In this document: positions 1 through 12,404 of the stretch, piece by piece
Layout of the letters: each line of letters opens with the position of its first letter
How positions within the stretch are numbered: the first letter of the stretch is position 1
DNA from: Bacillota bacterium
GTDB taxonomy: Bacteria; Bacillota; Sulfobacillia; Fermentithermobacillales; Fermentithermobacillaceae
Assembly (NCBI GenBank): GCA_050260675.1
Contig: JBLNCN010000010.1
Span: 132,523 to 196,522, forward strand
Direction: 5' to 3'
DNA: 64,000 bases
Translations under genes and position numbers: made by a program
The notes under the pieces: model-generated
Told to the model about the DNA's origin: nothing
The model's database searches: none
The model's input: the letters and a program-made list of their open reading frames with translations, nothing else

Positions 1-2
1 CC

Positions 3-92
3 GACCAGAGGACCTTCACTATCAAGAGAAACAACATCTTGGTGAAGCAGTCGAGATCAGCGGAGCGAGAGCTGGTAGCAAAAGACGACTAG
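3..92 (+). CDS. 3' end of an unidentified upstream CDS (partial)
   Basis: Frame-3 reading frame is open from the window edge to a TAG at 90-92 (translation ...DQRTFTIKRNNILVKQSRSAERELVAKDD). I did not recognise the family. Confidence 0.25.
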   Translation, partial: DQRTFTIKRNNILVKQSRSAERELVAKDD

Positions 93-247
93 ACCCCTCC
101 TGTCCGCCTATGGCATTGATGCTGCCTGCGTGCTATACTCTTCCTGTTTGCGTATTGCAGCAGCGATACTTCTTATCGCTATTGCGATAAACCATGAAGA
201 TGATATTGGCGATGAGATCCGCAAAAGCCTTGCCTGAGGTGATTTAC

Positions 248-493
248 GTGAAGGAAAAGATCCATCCGAACTACGAGAAGACCACGATTACCTGCGCTTG
301 CGGCGCTGTGTATCATGTCGGTTCCACCAAGAAGGCCATCAGGGTTGACATCTGCGCGAAGTGCCATCCGTTCTTCACCGGCGTCCAGAAGATCATGGAC
401 ACCAGCGGTCGCGTCGAACGGTTCCGCCAGAAGTATGGCTACCTCGAGGGCGAGAAGAAGTCAGGAGCCGAGGCCAAAGCCGACAATCGCTAG
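248..493 (+). CDS. rpmE: 50S ribosomal protein L31 (zinc-ribbon type)
   Basis: Translation [44 protein letters not shown] is the L31 signature, including the CxC...CxxC zinc ribbon. GTG at 248 is preceded by GAGGTG (239-244), so I prefer it over the ATG at 194 used by the ORF track. Confidence 0.85.
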   Translation: MKEKIHPNYEKTTITCACGAVYHVGSTKKAIRVDICAKCHPFFTGVQKIMDTSGRVERFRQKYGYLEGEKKSGAEAKADNR

Positions 494-504
494 CCGAACG
501 AATA

Positions 505-548
505 GAGGCAGAGACCACCTTTGCGGCGGTGTCTGCCTTTTTATTTGC
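505..548 (+). terminator. Rho-independent terminator after rpmE
   Basis: GC-rich hairpin (aggcagagacc ... ggtgtctgcct) followed by the T tract ttttatttg. Confidence 0.7.
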
Positions 549-711
549 TTGAAAGAACCTGTAGAATGAAAGTATAGGCACCCGCCGCGGCGGGCCGCGC
601 AAGCGACCGCCGATGCCAAAGGCTCATACTTGCAGCACACGATGCAAGCAGCGCGACGCAAGCGGCGAGATGCGGGCGTAACGATGCTAGCGGCATAGGG
701 GAGGTCTCCAG

Positions 712-1650
712 TTGGCTCAGAGCACGCCATCCTATGGCGGTCAGGCAGTCCTGGAAGGGGTCGTCATGCGCGGCCCGACCTACGTCTCCCTATCGGTGCG
801 CAAGCCTGACGGGGACATTTCATCAATGACGAAGCGGGCTCCGTCCCCGTCCCAAAGGAGCGCGTTCATGCGCTTTCCAGTGATACGGGGGGCTTTTGCC
901 TTTGTTGATTCCTTCACCCTCGGCATCGAGATGCTCATCAAATCAGCGGAGATAGCCGCCCCCGACGAGGAGAAGCCGTCGTCTATGGCGGTGAACCTCG
1001 GTGTCGGATTGGGCGTGACGCTGGCCATCGGCCTGTTCATCCTCCTTCCCGCCGCCGTGACGCCCTATCTGTTGACGCGGATGGGCATCGATGGTCGCTT
1101 TCTTTCCAGCTTGTTCGAGACGCTGTTCCGCCTTGTCATTCTCATAGGATACATCGCCCTGGTCTTCCGGATGCCGGAGATCCGCAGGGTCATCGAGTAT
1201 CACGGGGCCGAGCATAAGGTCATTTGGGCGTGGGAACGGAATTACCGGGAAATGCTCGACAGGATCCGGAACGACGGCTGGGACATGGCGCGCTCCATCG
1301 GGTTCCTGGTTGATAAGGGGCAGCGGGAGTCCAGGCTGCATCCAAGGTGCGGGACCAGTTTCCTTTTCATCGTCGTACTCTGCACCTGGGTCGTCTTCCT
1401 TTTCGTGAATACACCGAGCATCCCGCTGCGGGTGGCTGTCAGGCTCGTCCTGCTGCCGTTGGCCGCGGGACTGTCCTATGAAGTGCTGAAGCTGTCGGCC
1501 GACAAAACCGGCTTCTTCTGGAAGGTAATCCGCGCTCCCGGCATGGCGCTGCAGTCCATGACCACAAGGGAGCCTGACAAAGGTGAATTGGAAGTGGCCG
1601 CGACCAGCCTCATGCATCTGGTCGAGGTCGAGAGAGGTGTTTTCCGGTGA
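712..1650 (+). CDS. DUF1385 (YqhQ-like) membrane protein, commonly found upstream of prfA
   Basis: The N-terminal GGQAVLEGVVMRG motif and the hydrophobic core are typical of DUF1385. Its stop overlaps the prfA start. Confidence 0.7.
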   Translation: MAQSTPSYGGQAVLEGVVMRGPTYVSLSVRKPDGDISSMTKRAPSPSQRSAFMRFPVIRGAFAFVDSFTLGIEMLIKSAEIAAPDEEKPSSMAVNLGVGLGVTLAIGLFILLPAAVTPYLLTRMGIDGRFLSSLFETLFRLVILIGYIALVFRMPEIRRVIEYHGAEHKVIWAWERNYREMLDRIRNDGWDMARSIGFLVDKGQRESRLHPRCGTSFLFIVVLCTWVVFLFVNTPSIPLRVAVRLVLLPLAAGLSYEVLKLSADKTGFFWKVIRAPGMALQSMTTREPDKGELEVAATSLMHLVEVERGVFR

Positions 1651-2744
1651 CACGCAACGGAACTGAAGGCGCCGGGTTTGAGTCCAGGCTGGACGCCATG
1701 TCCGCGCGCTTCGACGAACTGACGAAGATGCTGGAAGACGAGGCGGTCTTCTCGGATCCCAAGCGGTACAGGGATCTGGCCCGGGAGAGGGCCAAGCTGG
1801 AGGACGTGGTCACCAAGTACCGCCGCTTCGTCAAGATCCAGAGTGATATTACCGAGAGCAGGGAACTCTTGGACTCCGAGACTGATGCCGACCTGCGGGC
1901 GCTGGCGGAGGAGGACTTGGCCACTCTCGAGGCCGAGAAGGCGACTCTCGAGCAGCAGCTGAAGATAGCCCTGATTCCCAAGGACCCCAACGATGATAAG
2001 GACGTCATCATGGAGATCCGCGCCGGGACGGGCGGCGACGAAGCGGCGCTCTTCGCCGGCGAGCTTTTCCGGATGTACGGCCGCTACGCTGAAGACCGCG
2101 GGTGGAAGGTCGAGGTCCTGACGTCCAACCCCACCGACCTTGGTGGCTTTAAGGAAGTCACGTTTGCCATCGCCGGCGACGGAGCTTACCGGCGCCTCAA
2201 GTATGAAGGCGGCGTCCACAGGGTGCAGAGGGTTCCTGCTACCGAGTCCAGCGGGCGCATCCACACGTCCACGGTGACGGTCGCGGTGCTCCCGGAAGCC
2301 GAGGAAATGGACGACGTCCAGATTGATCCCGATGACTTGCGCATCGACACTTTCATGGCGTCGGGCAAGGGCGGCCAGGGCGTGAACACCACCTACTCAG
2401 CGGTAAGGATCACACACTTGCCGACAGGCCTCGCTGTTAGCTGCCAGGACGAGCGGTCTCAGATCCAGAACCGCGAGAGAGCGATGAGGATCCTGCGATC
2501 GCGCCTAATGGCCATGGCCGAGGAAGAGAAGAACAAGGAACTAACCCAGGCGAGACGCTCTCAGGTGGGGACCGGTGAGCGGGCGGAGAAGATCCGCACG
2601 TTCAACTTCCCGCAAAACAGGATAACGGACCACAGGATCGGCTACACCACCCACAGGCTGGTCGAGTTCCTCAACGGGAGCATCGACGAGATGGTGGACG
2701 CACTGCTCGCCGAAGAGGAAAAGCGGCTCTTGCAGGAGGCGTGA
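1647..2744 (+). CDS. prfA: Peptide chain release factor 1
   Basis: It has the PAT tripeptide (VPATESSGRIHTS) and the GGQ motif (SGKGGQGVNTT), at RF1 length. Confidence 0.93.
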   Translation: MTRNGTEGAGFESRLDAMSARFDELTKMLEDEAVFSDPKRYRDLARERAKLEDVVTKYRRFVKIQSDITESRELLDSETDADLRALAEEDLATLEAEKATLEQQLKIALIPKDPNDDKDVIMEIRAGTGGDEAALFAGELFRMYGRYAEDRGWKVEVLTSNPTDLGGFKEVTFAIAGDGAYRRLKYEGGVHRVQRVPATESSGRIHTSTVTVAVLPEAEEMDDVQIDPDDLRIDTFMASGKGGQGVNTTYSAVRITHLPTGLAVSCQDERSQIQNRERAMRILRSRLMAMAEEEKNKELTQARRSQVGTGERAEKIRTFNFPQNRITDHRIGYTTHRLVEFLNGSIDEMVDALLAEEEKRLLQEA

Positions 2745-2802
2745 TCGCTCAAGGCATGGTTGGCATGGTTACCGCAGGCGAGCCCTTCAGCGGCGCGAAG
2801 GC

Positions 2803-3699
2803 ATGGCTACAGTAGGAGAAGCTCTGGAGCTGGCGAGAGCATCACTACGCGAGGACAGCCAGTACCCCGCCAGGGACGCTGTCCTTTTGCTTGCCCACGC
2901 GCTGGATAAACCCACTTCGTACCTGCACCTGCATCCGGAGGACACCCTCTCGCCGCGCGCCGAGGAGGTCCTTATGGAATTGGTCCGTCGGCGCAAGGCC
3001 GGCGAACCTATGGCTTACATCCGGGGATACCAGGAGTTCATGGGCGATCGGTTTCTGGTCGACCGCCGTGTCCTCATACCCCGTCCCGAGACGGAGATAC
3101 TGGTCGAGGCGGCAGTGGAAGAGCTGCGGGTGGCTATGCGCAGTGCGAGCAGCATCGGCAGCACCGTGGACGGCGCTTTAACTATTGCCGACATATGCTG
3201 CGGCTCCGGAGCCATCGGCCTCTCGCTGGCGAAGACGTTCCCGGGCATCACCATCCTCCTCAGCGACGTATCGCCTGACGCCCTCGAAGTCGCCAGGATG
3301 AACGCCGGGCTGCTCGGGGTTGAGAGGCAGGCCCGTTTCCTGGAAGGAGACTTGATCACGCCTCTTATCGCGGCCGGTTGGGCCGACTCTTTGGAACTGG
3401 TCACCGCAAATCCGCCGTACATCGCGCGGGAAGAGATGGACTCGCTCCCCCGCGACGTGAGGTGCTTTGAGCCTCGTTTGGCGCTGGACGGTGGTCCCGG
3501 CGGCCTGGACATAATCAGGCGGCTGGCAGCCGAAGCCCCCGCTGTCCTGAAGAGCGGCGCGTTGTTCCTTATGGAGATCGGCCATGGGCAAGGGAGCGCG
3601 TGCGAGGAGATCTTCTCGCAGGACCCCCGCTGGCGCGATCCTTCTGTGCTCCCGGACTACGCAGGCAGGCAAAGAGTGCTGAAGGTACGAAGAAAGTGA
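2803..3699 (+). CDS. prmC: Release factor glutamine N5-methyltransferase PrmC/HemK
   Basis: NPPY motif (VTANPPYI), SAM-binding motif DICCGSGAIG, and position immediately after prfA. Confidence 0.9.
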   Translation: MATVGEALELARASLREDSQYPARDAVLLLAHALDKPTSYLHLHPEDTLSPRAEEVLMELVRRRKAGEPMAYIRGYQEFMGDRFLVDRRVLIPRPETEILVEAAVEELRVAMRSASSIGSTVDGALTIADICCGSGAIGLSLAKTFPGITILLSDVSPDALEVARMNAGLLGVERQARFLEGDLITPLIAAGWADSLELVTANPPYIAREEMDSLPRDVRCFEPRLALDGGPGGLDIIRRLAAEAPAVLKSGALFLMEIGHGQGSACEEIFSQDPRWRDPSVLPDYAGRQRVLKVRRK

Positions 3700-3745
3700 T
3701 CGTCCGCTGGAGCAGCCGTCGGCCGGACTAACTGGAGGTGAGACC

Positions 3746-5353
3746 GTGGAAACCAGAGTGGTCAGGGTCGATCCCTTTGATCCAAGGGCAGACCTGCTAG
3801 AGCCGTGCGCCGTTGCCCTCCGTCAGGGCGGCTTGGTCGCATTCCCCACTGAGACGGTCTACGGCCTCGGCGCCAACGCGCTGGATCCTCTGGCCGTATC
3901 GAGGATTTTCGACGCCAAGGGGCGTCCCCAGGACAATCCTCTGATAGTACATGTATCGAGGCCCGAGTCGGTAGCGCCTCTGGTCAGGGAGATATCCCCT
4001 GTGGCTGAAAGGCTGATGGAGACTTTTTGGCCCGGTCCCCTCACGCTCATATTCCCGAAGTCCGACTTGGTGCCGCCTGTTGTGACTGCCGGGTTGGGCA
4101 CGGTGGCCGTCAGGATGCCCGACCATCCGGTGGCACACCTCTTGATAGATCAGGCCGGAGTACCCGTCGCGGCGCCGTCTGCCAACATATCGGGCAGTCC
4201 CAGCCCCACAACCTTTGAAGAGACCCGCGCCGACCTGGACGGCAGGGTGCACTACATCATCGACGGTGGCCCCGCAGGCATCGGGGTAGAGTCCACGGTG
4301 CTGGACATCTCGGGCCCCATCCCCGTCGTGCTGCGGCCGGGGGGCCTGTCAGTTGAAGAACTGCAGGCGGTCCTGGGAGAGGTGAGGGTCGCAGGCCGGG
4401 CGGCAGGCAGCGAGGTAGGCACAGGGGCTGGCAGCGAGGCCGGCAGCCATACGGTTGGCATCGAGGAGTTCACGGGTCCGCCCCCGTCCCCCGGGATGAA
4501 GTACAAGCACTACGCTCCCAAGGCGCCGGTCTTATTGGCGAAAGGGGACCCAGATGAGCAAGGCCGGTCCATCCTGCTTCTCGCCCTGAAGTCCCTCATG
4601 TCCGGCAAGAGGGTAGCGGTCCTTGCCTCGTCGGAAAACACCAGTCGGTACTCTCGTCTCGCGAGCAGCTATCCCGGATCCCTTCACGTCCTGGAGCTGG
4701 GTCCCCGTTCCGACTTGGCCCCTGTAGCGGCCAGGCTCTTCTCCAGCCTGCGATACGCGGATAGTTTGGGTGCCGACGTCATCCTCGCCGAGTCTTTTCC
4801 CGAGGCAGGATTGGGGCTAGCTATCCAGAACCGTCTACAGCGAGCCAGCGGCGGAAAGACCGTCCCCGGCCTCAGAGACGCGACGCTCAACCTGCTCATG
4901 GTGTGTTCAGGCAACACCTGCAGGAGCCCTATGGCTGAAGCTCTGATGCGGGCGCTCTGGGATCGATCAGGCCATCTACCCATGCTGCAAGTCTGGTCTC
5001 GCGGGACGTCGGCCCTCCCGGGCTTTCCGGCATCCCACGAAGCGATAGAGGCGATGGCAGCCAGGGGACTGGATTTGAGCAAGCACTTGTCGGCTCCGGT
5101 AAGCGAAGCCGACCTTGAAACGGCAGACCTGGTCCTGACAATGACCGGCGCCCACAAGAATGCGCTGTTGGGACGGTATCCCGCTCATGCAGCCAAAGTC
5201 AGGACGCTGGCCGAAGTATCGGAAGGCGCCGTGCGGGGAGACGTCGAGGACCCCTTCGGTCTGGATCAGGCGCAGTATGACCGGGCGGCAGAGACCATCG
5301 AGCGCGGGCTGTCGGCGTTGATCGCGAGGCTGAAGGATCTACTAGGCGACTAA
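3746..5353 (+). CDS. tsaC: Threonylcarbamoyl-AMP synthase TsaC (YrdC+Sua5 domains) fused to a C-terminal YwlE-like protein arginine / low-molecular-weight phosphatase
   Basis: The N-terminal ~345 aa are YwlC/Sua5-like (GLGANALDP...). A Gly/Ser/Ala-rich linker follows, then LMVCSGNTCRSPMAEAL (a CX5R P-loop with Thr, as in B. subtilis YwlE) and the general-acid motif DPFG. There is no stop codon or RBS between the two parts. Confidence 0.85.
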   Translation: METRVVRVDPFDPRADLLEPCAVALRQGGLVAFPTETVYGLGANALDPLAVSRIFDAKGRPQDNPLIVHVSRPESVAPLVREISPVAERLMETFWPGPLTLIFPKSDLVPPVVTAGLGTVAVRMPDHPVAHLLIDQAGVPVAAPSANISGSPSPTTFEETRADLDGRVHYIIDGGPAGIGVESTVLDISGPIPVVLRPGGLSVEELQAVLGEVRVAGRAAGSEVGTGAGSEAGSHTVGIEEFTGPPPSPGMKYKHYAPKAPVLLAKGDPDEQGRSILLLALKSLMSGKRVAVLASSENTSRYSRLASSYPGSLHVLELGPRSDLAPVAARLFSSLRYADSLGADVILAESFPEAGLGLAIQNRLQRASGGKTVPGLRDATLNLLMVCSGNTCRSPMAEALMRALWDRSGHLPMLQVWSRGTSALPGFPASHEAIEAMAARGLDLSKHLSAPVSEADLETADLVLTMTGAHKNALLGRYPAHAAKVRTLAEVSEGAVRGDVEDPFGLDQAQYDRAAETIERGLSALIARLKDLLGD

Positions 5354-5366
5354 GGAGGAGTTTCTC

Positions 5367-5843
5367 GTGAAGATCGCGGTGGGAAGCGACCACGCAGGGT
5401 TCCGGCTGAAGCAGGAGGTCCTATCCTGGCTTTCGGAGCTGGGGCACGAGGCATCGGATTTCGGAACGATGTCCGGCGACTCAGTGGACTACCCGGACTT
5501 TGCCCTCATGGTCTGCGAAGCTGTCGCCGGACGGAAAGCCGATTTCGGCATTCTGGTCTGCGGGACCGGGCTAGGGATGGCCATCGGCGCCAACAAGGTA
5601 CCTGGGATTCGCGCGGTCACCTGCTCGGACTCGTTCTCGGCAAGATGTTCACGGGAACATAATGACGCAAACGTGTTATGCTTGGGCGAGCGGGTGATCG
5701 GTTCTGGGGTCGCCCGTGACATCGTCGAGACATGGCTTGCCGCGTCTTTCCAGGGCGGCAGGCACACGAGAAGGGTCGACAAGATCTCCGGGATAGAGAG
5801 GAAGTATACATCACAGCCATCGGGAGGAACGCGAGATGCCTGA
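5367..5843 (+). CDS. rpiB: Ribose-5-phosphate isomerase B
   Basis: MKIAVGSDHAGFRLKQEV...GTGLGMAIGANKVPGIRA is the RpiB/LacAB signature. It occupies the same position as ywlF in Bacillus. Confidence 0.9.
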   Translation: MKIAVGSDHAGFRLKQEVLSWLSELGHEASDFGTMSGDSVDYPDFALMVCEAVAGRKADFGILVCGTGLGMAIGANKVPGIRAVTCSDSFSARCSREHNDANVLCLGERVIGSGVARDIVETWLAASFQGGRHTRRVDKISGIERKYTSQPSGGTRDA

Positions 5844-6444
5844 AGGAGTACCCGAGGTTCTGAACCTTGGGGAAGTCAAGGAGCAGGTCCGTGGTGCTGT
5901 AGCGGGTCTATTGGAGGTAGCGAAGCTTCGGCCGGGTCAGATTCTGGTTCTGGGATGCTCAACGTCTGAAGTGCAGGGCAAGAGGATAGGTTCCACGGGA
6001 AACACCGACGTGGCTGCCGCCGTGCTGGACGGGGTTCATGAAGCCCTCAAGGGCACTGGCGTTCAGTTAGCGGTGCAGTGCTGCGAGCACCTCAACCGGG
6101 CTCTGGTCGTCGAACGCGATACGCAGGAAAAGTACAACCTCACGGAAGTGACGGTACTCCCGGTCCCTCACGCCGGCGGAGCTACCGCGGCAACTGCCCT
6201 AAAGCGTTTCTCGGATCCGGTGCTTGTCGAAAGCATACAAGCCCATGCCGGCATTGACATCGGTGACACGTTCATCGGCATGCATCTTAGGCCGGTAGCG
6301 GTCCCTGTTCGGCTCCCCATCCGCTCGATAGGCGACGCCCACCTGACGGCCGCTCGGACTAGGCCCAAGCTCATTGGCGGCAAGCGAGCCATCTACGCCT
6401 GGGACGAGATTGAAGAAAAGGTCGGAAAGGGCGTGCAGCGGTGA
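5836..6444 (+). CDS. ywlG: TIGR01440 / UPF0340 family protein (YwlG-like)
   Basis: Conserved-hypothetical family located after rpiB, as in Bacillus. Its start overlaps the rpiB stop. Confidence 0.7.
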   Translation: MPEGVPEVLNLGEVKEQVRGAVAGLLEVAKLRPGQILVLGCSTSEVQGKRIGSTGNTDVAAAVLDGVHEALKGTGVQLAVQCCEHLNRALVVERDTQEKYNLTEVTVLPVPHAGGATAATALKRFSDPVLVESIQAHAGIDIGDTFIGMHLRPVAVPVRLPIRSIGDAHLTAARTRPKLIGGKRAIYAWDEIEEKVGKGVQR

Positions 6445-6950
6445 ACCAAATCGACGCGGGATCAGTCATACCAGACGACGGACACGTACCGCCGAAAGGA
6501 CACGAAAGGCCGAGTTGGGACGAGTACTTTATGGAGGTCGCTTCAGTGGTCGCCAAGCGGGCCACGTGTCTTAGACGCAGCGTGGGCGCCGTGGTGGTCA
6601 AGGACAAGAGGATCCTGGCCACGGGATACAACGGCGCGCCCAGTGGGCTTCAGCACTGCTCCGTCGCGGGGTGCCTTCGCGAGAGACTGGGGATACCGTC
6701 GGGCCAGAGAGTCGAGATCTGCCGGGGGCTCCATGCCGAGCAGAACGCTCTGATCCAGGCAGCCAAGTACGGAATACCGCTGGACGGCGCCACGGTGTAC
6801 ACGACCCTGGAGCCGTGCGTTACTTGTGCCAAGATGCTGGTCAACGCCGGCATCAAGAGGATCGTGTTCGAGGAAGCGTACGTGGACCAGCTCTCCAGAG
6901 ACATACTGGCTGAGGCCAACATGCAGGTAGAGCAGTTTGTGAGGGGCTAG
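6441..6950 (+). CDS. dCMP / cytidine deaminase-family zinc enzyme (ComEB-like)
   Basis: [10 protein letters not shown]...[10 protein letters not shown]...[14 protein letters not shown] contain the H(A)E and PCxxC zinc motifs. The GTG start overlaps the previous stop (GTGA). Confidence 0.85.
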   Translation: MNQIDAGSVIPDDGHVPPKGHERPSWDEYFMEVASVVAKRATCLRRSVGAVVVKDKRILATGYNGAPSGLQHCSVAGCLRERLGIPSGQRVEICRGLHAEQNALIQAAKYGIPLDGATVYTTLEPCVTCAKMLVNAGIKRIVFEEAYVDQLSRDILAEANMQVEQFVRG

Positions 6951-7124
6951 AGGAGACTGCGCCGTAGATTGCTCTGAGATGGCTCCGACTGTGTTGGAGC
7001 GCTTAACCGCCAAGGGGTCCAGCCGCCCGTTGCGGTTGACTACCTGGGACAGGCTTAGATAGAATTACGCAGGTAGCACTGGGTTAAGGTCCGGGAGCCG
7101 GGAGGAACCGAGGGGGGACAATCG

Positions 7125-8186
7125 TTGCAGACCAGCCTCGCTTTCATTGCCGCACTTGCTCTTTCGCTCATTACGACCCCGCTCGTCAGGCGGTTCGCGC
7201 TCAAAGTAGGCGCAGTCGCTCGACCCAATGCGCGCAGCGTCCACAAGGTTCCCATCCCCCATCTCGGAGGCGTCGCAATCTACCTGTCGTCCGTCGCCGC
7301 CATGCTGATTTCGCACCCCATCGATCCGACCGCAGAGATCGCCGTGATTGTGGGCGGCTTCGTCATTCTCGTTGTAGGTGTGCTGGATGACATCTACGAC
7401 CTCAAGCCCTGGCAGAAGGGCATCGGGCAGATTGTCTCGGCCGGTGTCGTCATCGCTATCGGCGTCAGCATTTCATTCCTGACCAACCCGTTCTCCGGAG
7501 CCCTGAAGGTGCTTGGATTCCTTGCCATCCCGCTCACCATCGTGTGGGTCATATCCTTCGAAAACCTGGTGAACTTCTCGGACGGCCTTGACGGTCTTGC
7601 CGGCGGCATCGTGGTCATCACCGGCACGGTCATCGTGTTTGCCTCGTACAAGGCCGGCGCCTTCGGAGTCCCGCCCGCGGCTGCCGCCATTGTCGGCAGC
7701 GTCCTGGGCTTTCTCCCGTACAACTTCCATCCGGCGTCCATCTTCATGGGCGATGCCGGCGCTATGTACCTCGGACTTGCCCTGTCGGTCCTCTCCGTCC
7801 AGGGACTCGTGAAATCGGCAGTGTTCATGTCGGTGCTGGCGCCGCTTCTGGCGCTTATGGTGCCTATCTCGGACACAGCGTTCTCCATAGTTCGGCGTAC
7901 CTTGCAGGGTCAAGCTTTCTTCTACGCAGACCACGACCACTTCCATCACAGGCTCCTGGAGCTTGGCCTCGGACAGAGGAAGACTGTTCTATCGATATAC
8001 CTGGTCAGCGCGTTGGGTGGCGCCCTGGGCCTGATCTCGGGTTTCTCGCCCATCGAGACCGGCGGCCCCATTGTCCTGGTGGCGGTTCTGGCCCTGTTCA
8101 TTGCCGCAAGCAGGGCCGGCCTTCTCACGGTACCCCGCAAGCAGGGTAAAGGACACGCCGACCAGAGCTCGGGAGGCCAGCGTTAG
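7125..8186 (+). CDS. tagO: Undecaprenyl-phosphate GlcNAc-1-phosphate transferase (TagO/WecA, GT4 MraY-like)
   Basis: Polytopic membrane protein with MraY/WecA-type motifs (DDIYDL, NLVNFSDGLDGLAGG). TTG start. Confidence 0.8.
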   Translation: MQTSLAFIAALALSLITTPLVRRFALKVGAVARPNARSVHKVPIPHLGGVAIYLSSVAAMLISHPIDPTAEIAVIVGGFVILVVGVLDDIYDLKPWQKGIGQIVSAGVVIAIGVSISFLTNPFSGALKVLGFLAIPLTIVWVISFENLVNFSDGLDGLAGGIVVITGTVIVFASYKAGAFGVPPAAAAIVGSVLGFLPYNFHPASIFMGDAGAMYLGLALSVLSVQGLVKSAVFMSVLAPLLALMVPISDTAFSIVRRTLQGQAFFYADHDHFHHRLLELGLGQRKTVLSIYLVSALGGALGLISGFSPIETGGPIVLVAVLALFIAASRAGLLTVPRKQGKGHADQSSGGQR

Positions 8187-8207
8187 CAAGAGAGGGGCAC
8201 GTCCGCA

Positions 8208-9362
8208 GTGAAGAGGCTCAAAGTAATATCTGTTTTCGGCACGCGCCCCGAAGCAACCAAGATGGCGCCTCTGGTTAGGGCTCTCGCCTCGCAGGCTCCC
8301 ACTATCGAATCCAAGGTCCTCATCACCGCCCAGCACCGTGAAATGCTCGACCAGGTCCTCCGGGATTTCGACATCAAGGCGGACTACGACCTGGACGTGA
8401 TGAGAGCCAATCAGACCCTGGCCGAGACAACGCAGCGGGTGCTCAGCGGCATGACGCCCATCCTGGAAGCCGAGCGCCCGGATGTCGTCCTGGTCCACGG
8501 CGATACCGCCACCACGGCCTCAGCGGCGCTCTGTGCCTACTACCTGAAGATAGCTTGCGGCCACGTTGAGGCGGGCCTCCGGACAGGCGACAAGTACGCG
8601 CCCTTCCCTGAGGAAGTAATGCGAAAGATAGCCGACACCATCTCCGACATCCATTTCGCGCCGACTGAAATGTCCAAGCAGAACCTCTTGCGGGAAGGGA
8701 TACCGGCGGAGTCCATCTACGTCACCGGGAACACGGCAGTTGACGCCCTGTTCCTTACAGTGAAGGACGGCTACGTTTTCAAGGACCCGCGGCTAAACGA
8801 CATCGACTTTTCTTCCCGGCGCAACATCCTGGTCGAAGTCCACAGGCGCGAGAACTTCGGGCAGGGGATGGAGGACATCGGGGCCGCGCTGCGGCATATA
8901 GCCGAGACCAGGGACGATATTCAGATGCTCGTCTCGGTGCATAGGAACCCGAAAGCGGGGGAGCCCATACGGCGGCATCTGGACGGAGCGCCAAGGACAG
9001 TGCTGTTCGACCCCGTCGACTACCCGGACTACGTCAACCTCATGAAGCGCTGCTATCTGGTCATCAGCGATTCCGGAGGGGTGCAGGAGGAGGCGCCCTC
9101 GCTCGGAGCTCCGGTGGTCCTCTGCAGGGAGAAGACCGAGAGGCCCGAAGCTCTTGCATCGGGCACGGTTGTGTTAGTCGGCACAGATAGGGAACTGCTG
9201 GTAAGGACTGTCGGAAGCCTGCTGGACGATCCTGCCCGGTACGCGGCGATGTCCCAGGTCAGCAACCCTTTTGGAGACGGTCAGGCTTCTGCCAGAATAG
9301 TCCAAGCGCTTCTCTATCACTTCGGAATAAGCAGCACGCAGCCGAAGGGATTCATGTCCTAG
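8208..9362 (+). CDS. wecB: UDP-N-acetylglucosamine 2-epimerase (non-hydrolysing)
   Basis: MKRLKVISVFGTRPEATKMAPLV is the MnaA/WecB N-terminus, and the gene lies downstream of tagO. Confidence 0.9.
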   Translation: MKRLKVISVFGTRPEATKMAPLVRALASQAPTIESKVLITAQHREMLDQVLRDFDIKADYDLDVMRANQTLAETTQRVLSGMTPILEAERPDVVLVHGDTATTASAALCAYYLKIACGHVEAGLRTGDKYAPFPEEVMRKIADTISDIHFAPTEMSKQNLLREGIPAESIYVTGNTAVDALFLTVKDGYVFKDPRLNDIDFSSRRNILVEVHRRENFGQGMEDIGAALRHIAETRDDIQMLVSVHRNPKAGEPIRRHLDGAPRTVLFDPVDYPDYVNLMKRCYLVISDSGGVQEEAPSLGAPVVLCREKTERPEALASGTVVLVGTDRELLVRTVGSLLDDPARYAAMSQVSNPFGDGQASARIVQALLYHFGISSTQPKGFMS

Positions 9363-9448
9363 TGTAGAAGTGTACAAAGTCACGCTGCGCACAACACCAC
9401 GTTCGAGGGAGGGTAGCCGCGTCCTGTCGTGCAGCACGCGGCGAGTGC

Positions 9449-9769
9449 ATGGCTCGAAAAGAGATGGACGCGATCCTCTCTGCTGAAAGAGCGGCCGGCG
9501 ACAGGCTTGAGAGCGCTAAGGCCAAAGCCAAAGAGATAGTAGCTGCCGCCGAGAGGGAAGCCGCGTTGATTGTTGAGTCCGCCATCAAAGAAGCGCAGAG
9601 CGAGGCCGAGGCCATTGCCGCCAAGGTAGCGCGGGACAGCGCCACCCTTGAAGAGCGTGTTGCCGCTGAGGCGGCCTCTGAGATCGAACGCATACGCAAG
9701 GCGGCTGACGCAAAGCGGGCCGAAGCAGTAGACGCTATTGTCAGGAAGGTACTAAAGACCGTTTCGTAG
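9449..9769 (+). CDS. ntpG: V/A-type ATPase subunit G/H (small Ala/Glu-rich coiled-coil stator subunit)
   Basis: A 106-aa Ala/Glu/Lys-rich helical protein that is the first gene of the V-type operon. Confidence 0.65.
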   Translation: MARKEMDAILSAERAAGDRLESAKAKAKEIVAAAEREAALIVESAIKEAQSEAEAIAAKVARDSATLEERVAAEAASEIERIRKAADAKRAEAVDAIVRKVLKTVS

Positions 9770-9822
9770 GTCTGGGCATAAGGGGGGGAGCCCCGGCGGC
9801 GCTGCCGCATGCGGGCGTTTTC

Positions 9823-12392
<2,570 letters not shown>

Positions 12393-12404
12393 GAGGCAGA
12401 TCCA

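Noticed and set aside
3-92. Idea that the upstream partial CDS is the rho 3' end (by Bacillus synteny rho-rpmE)
   Set aside because: The C-terminal peptide does not resemble the Rho C-termini I can recall. Left as unidentified.
194-247. Upstream ATG start for rpmE ([18 protein letters not shown])
   Set aside because: There is no RBS, and the L31 homology begins at KEKIHP right after GTG 248, which has GAGGTG upstream. Kept only as an alternative.
4381-4460. Repetitive ggcagcgaggN-ggc motifs
   Set aside because: They encode the low-complexity Gly/Ser/Ala/Glu linker of the TsaC fusion. They are a coding low-complexity region rather than a DNA repeat element.
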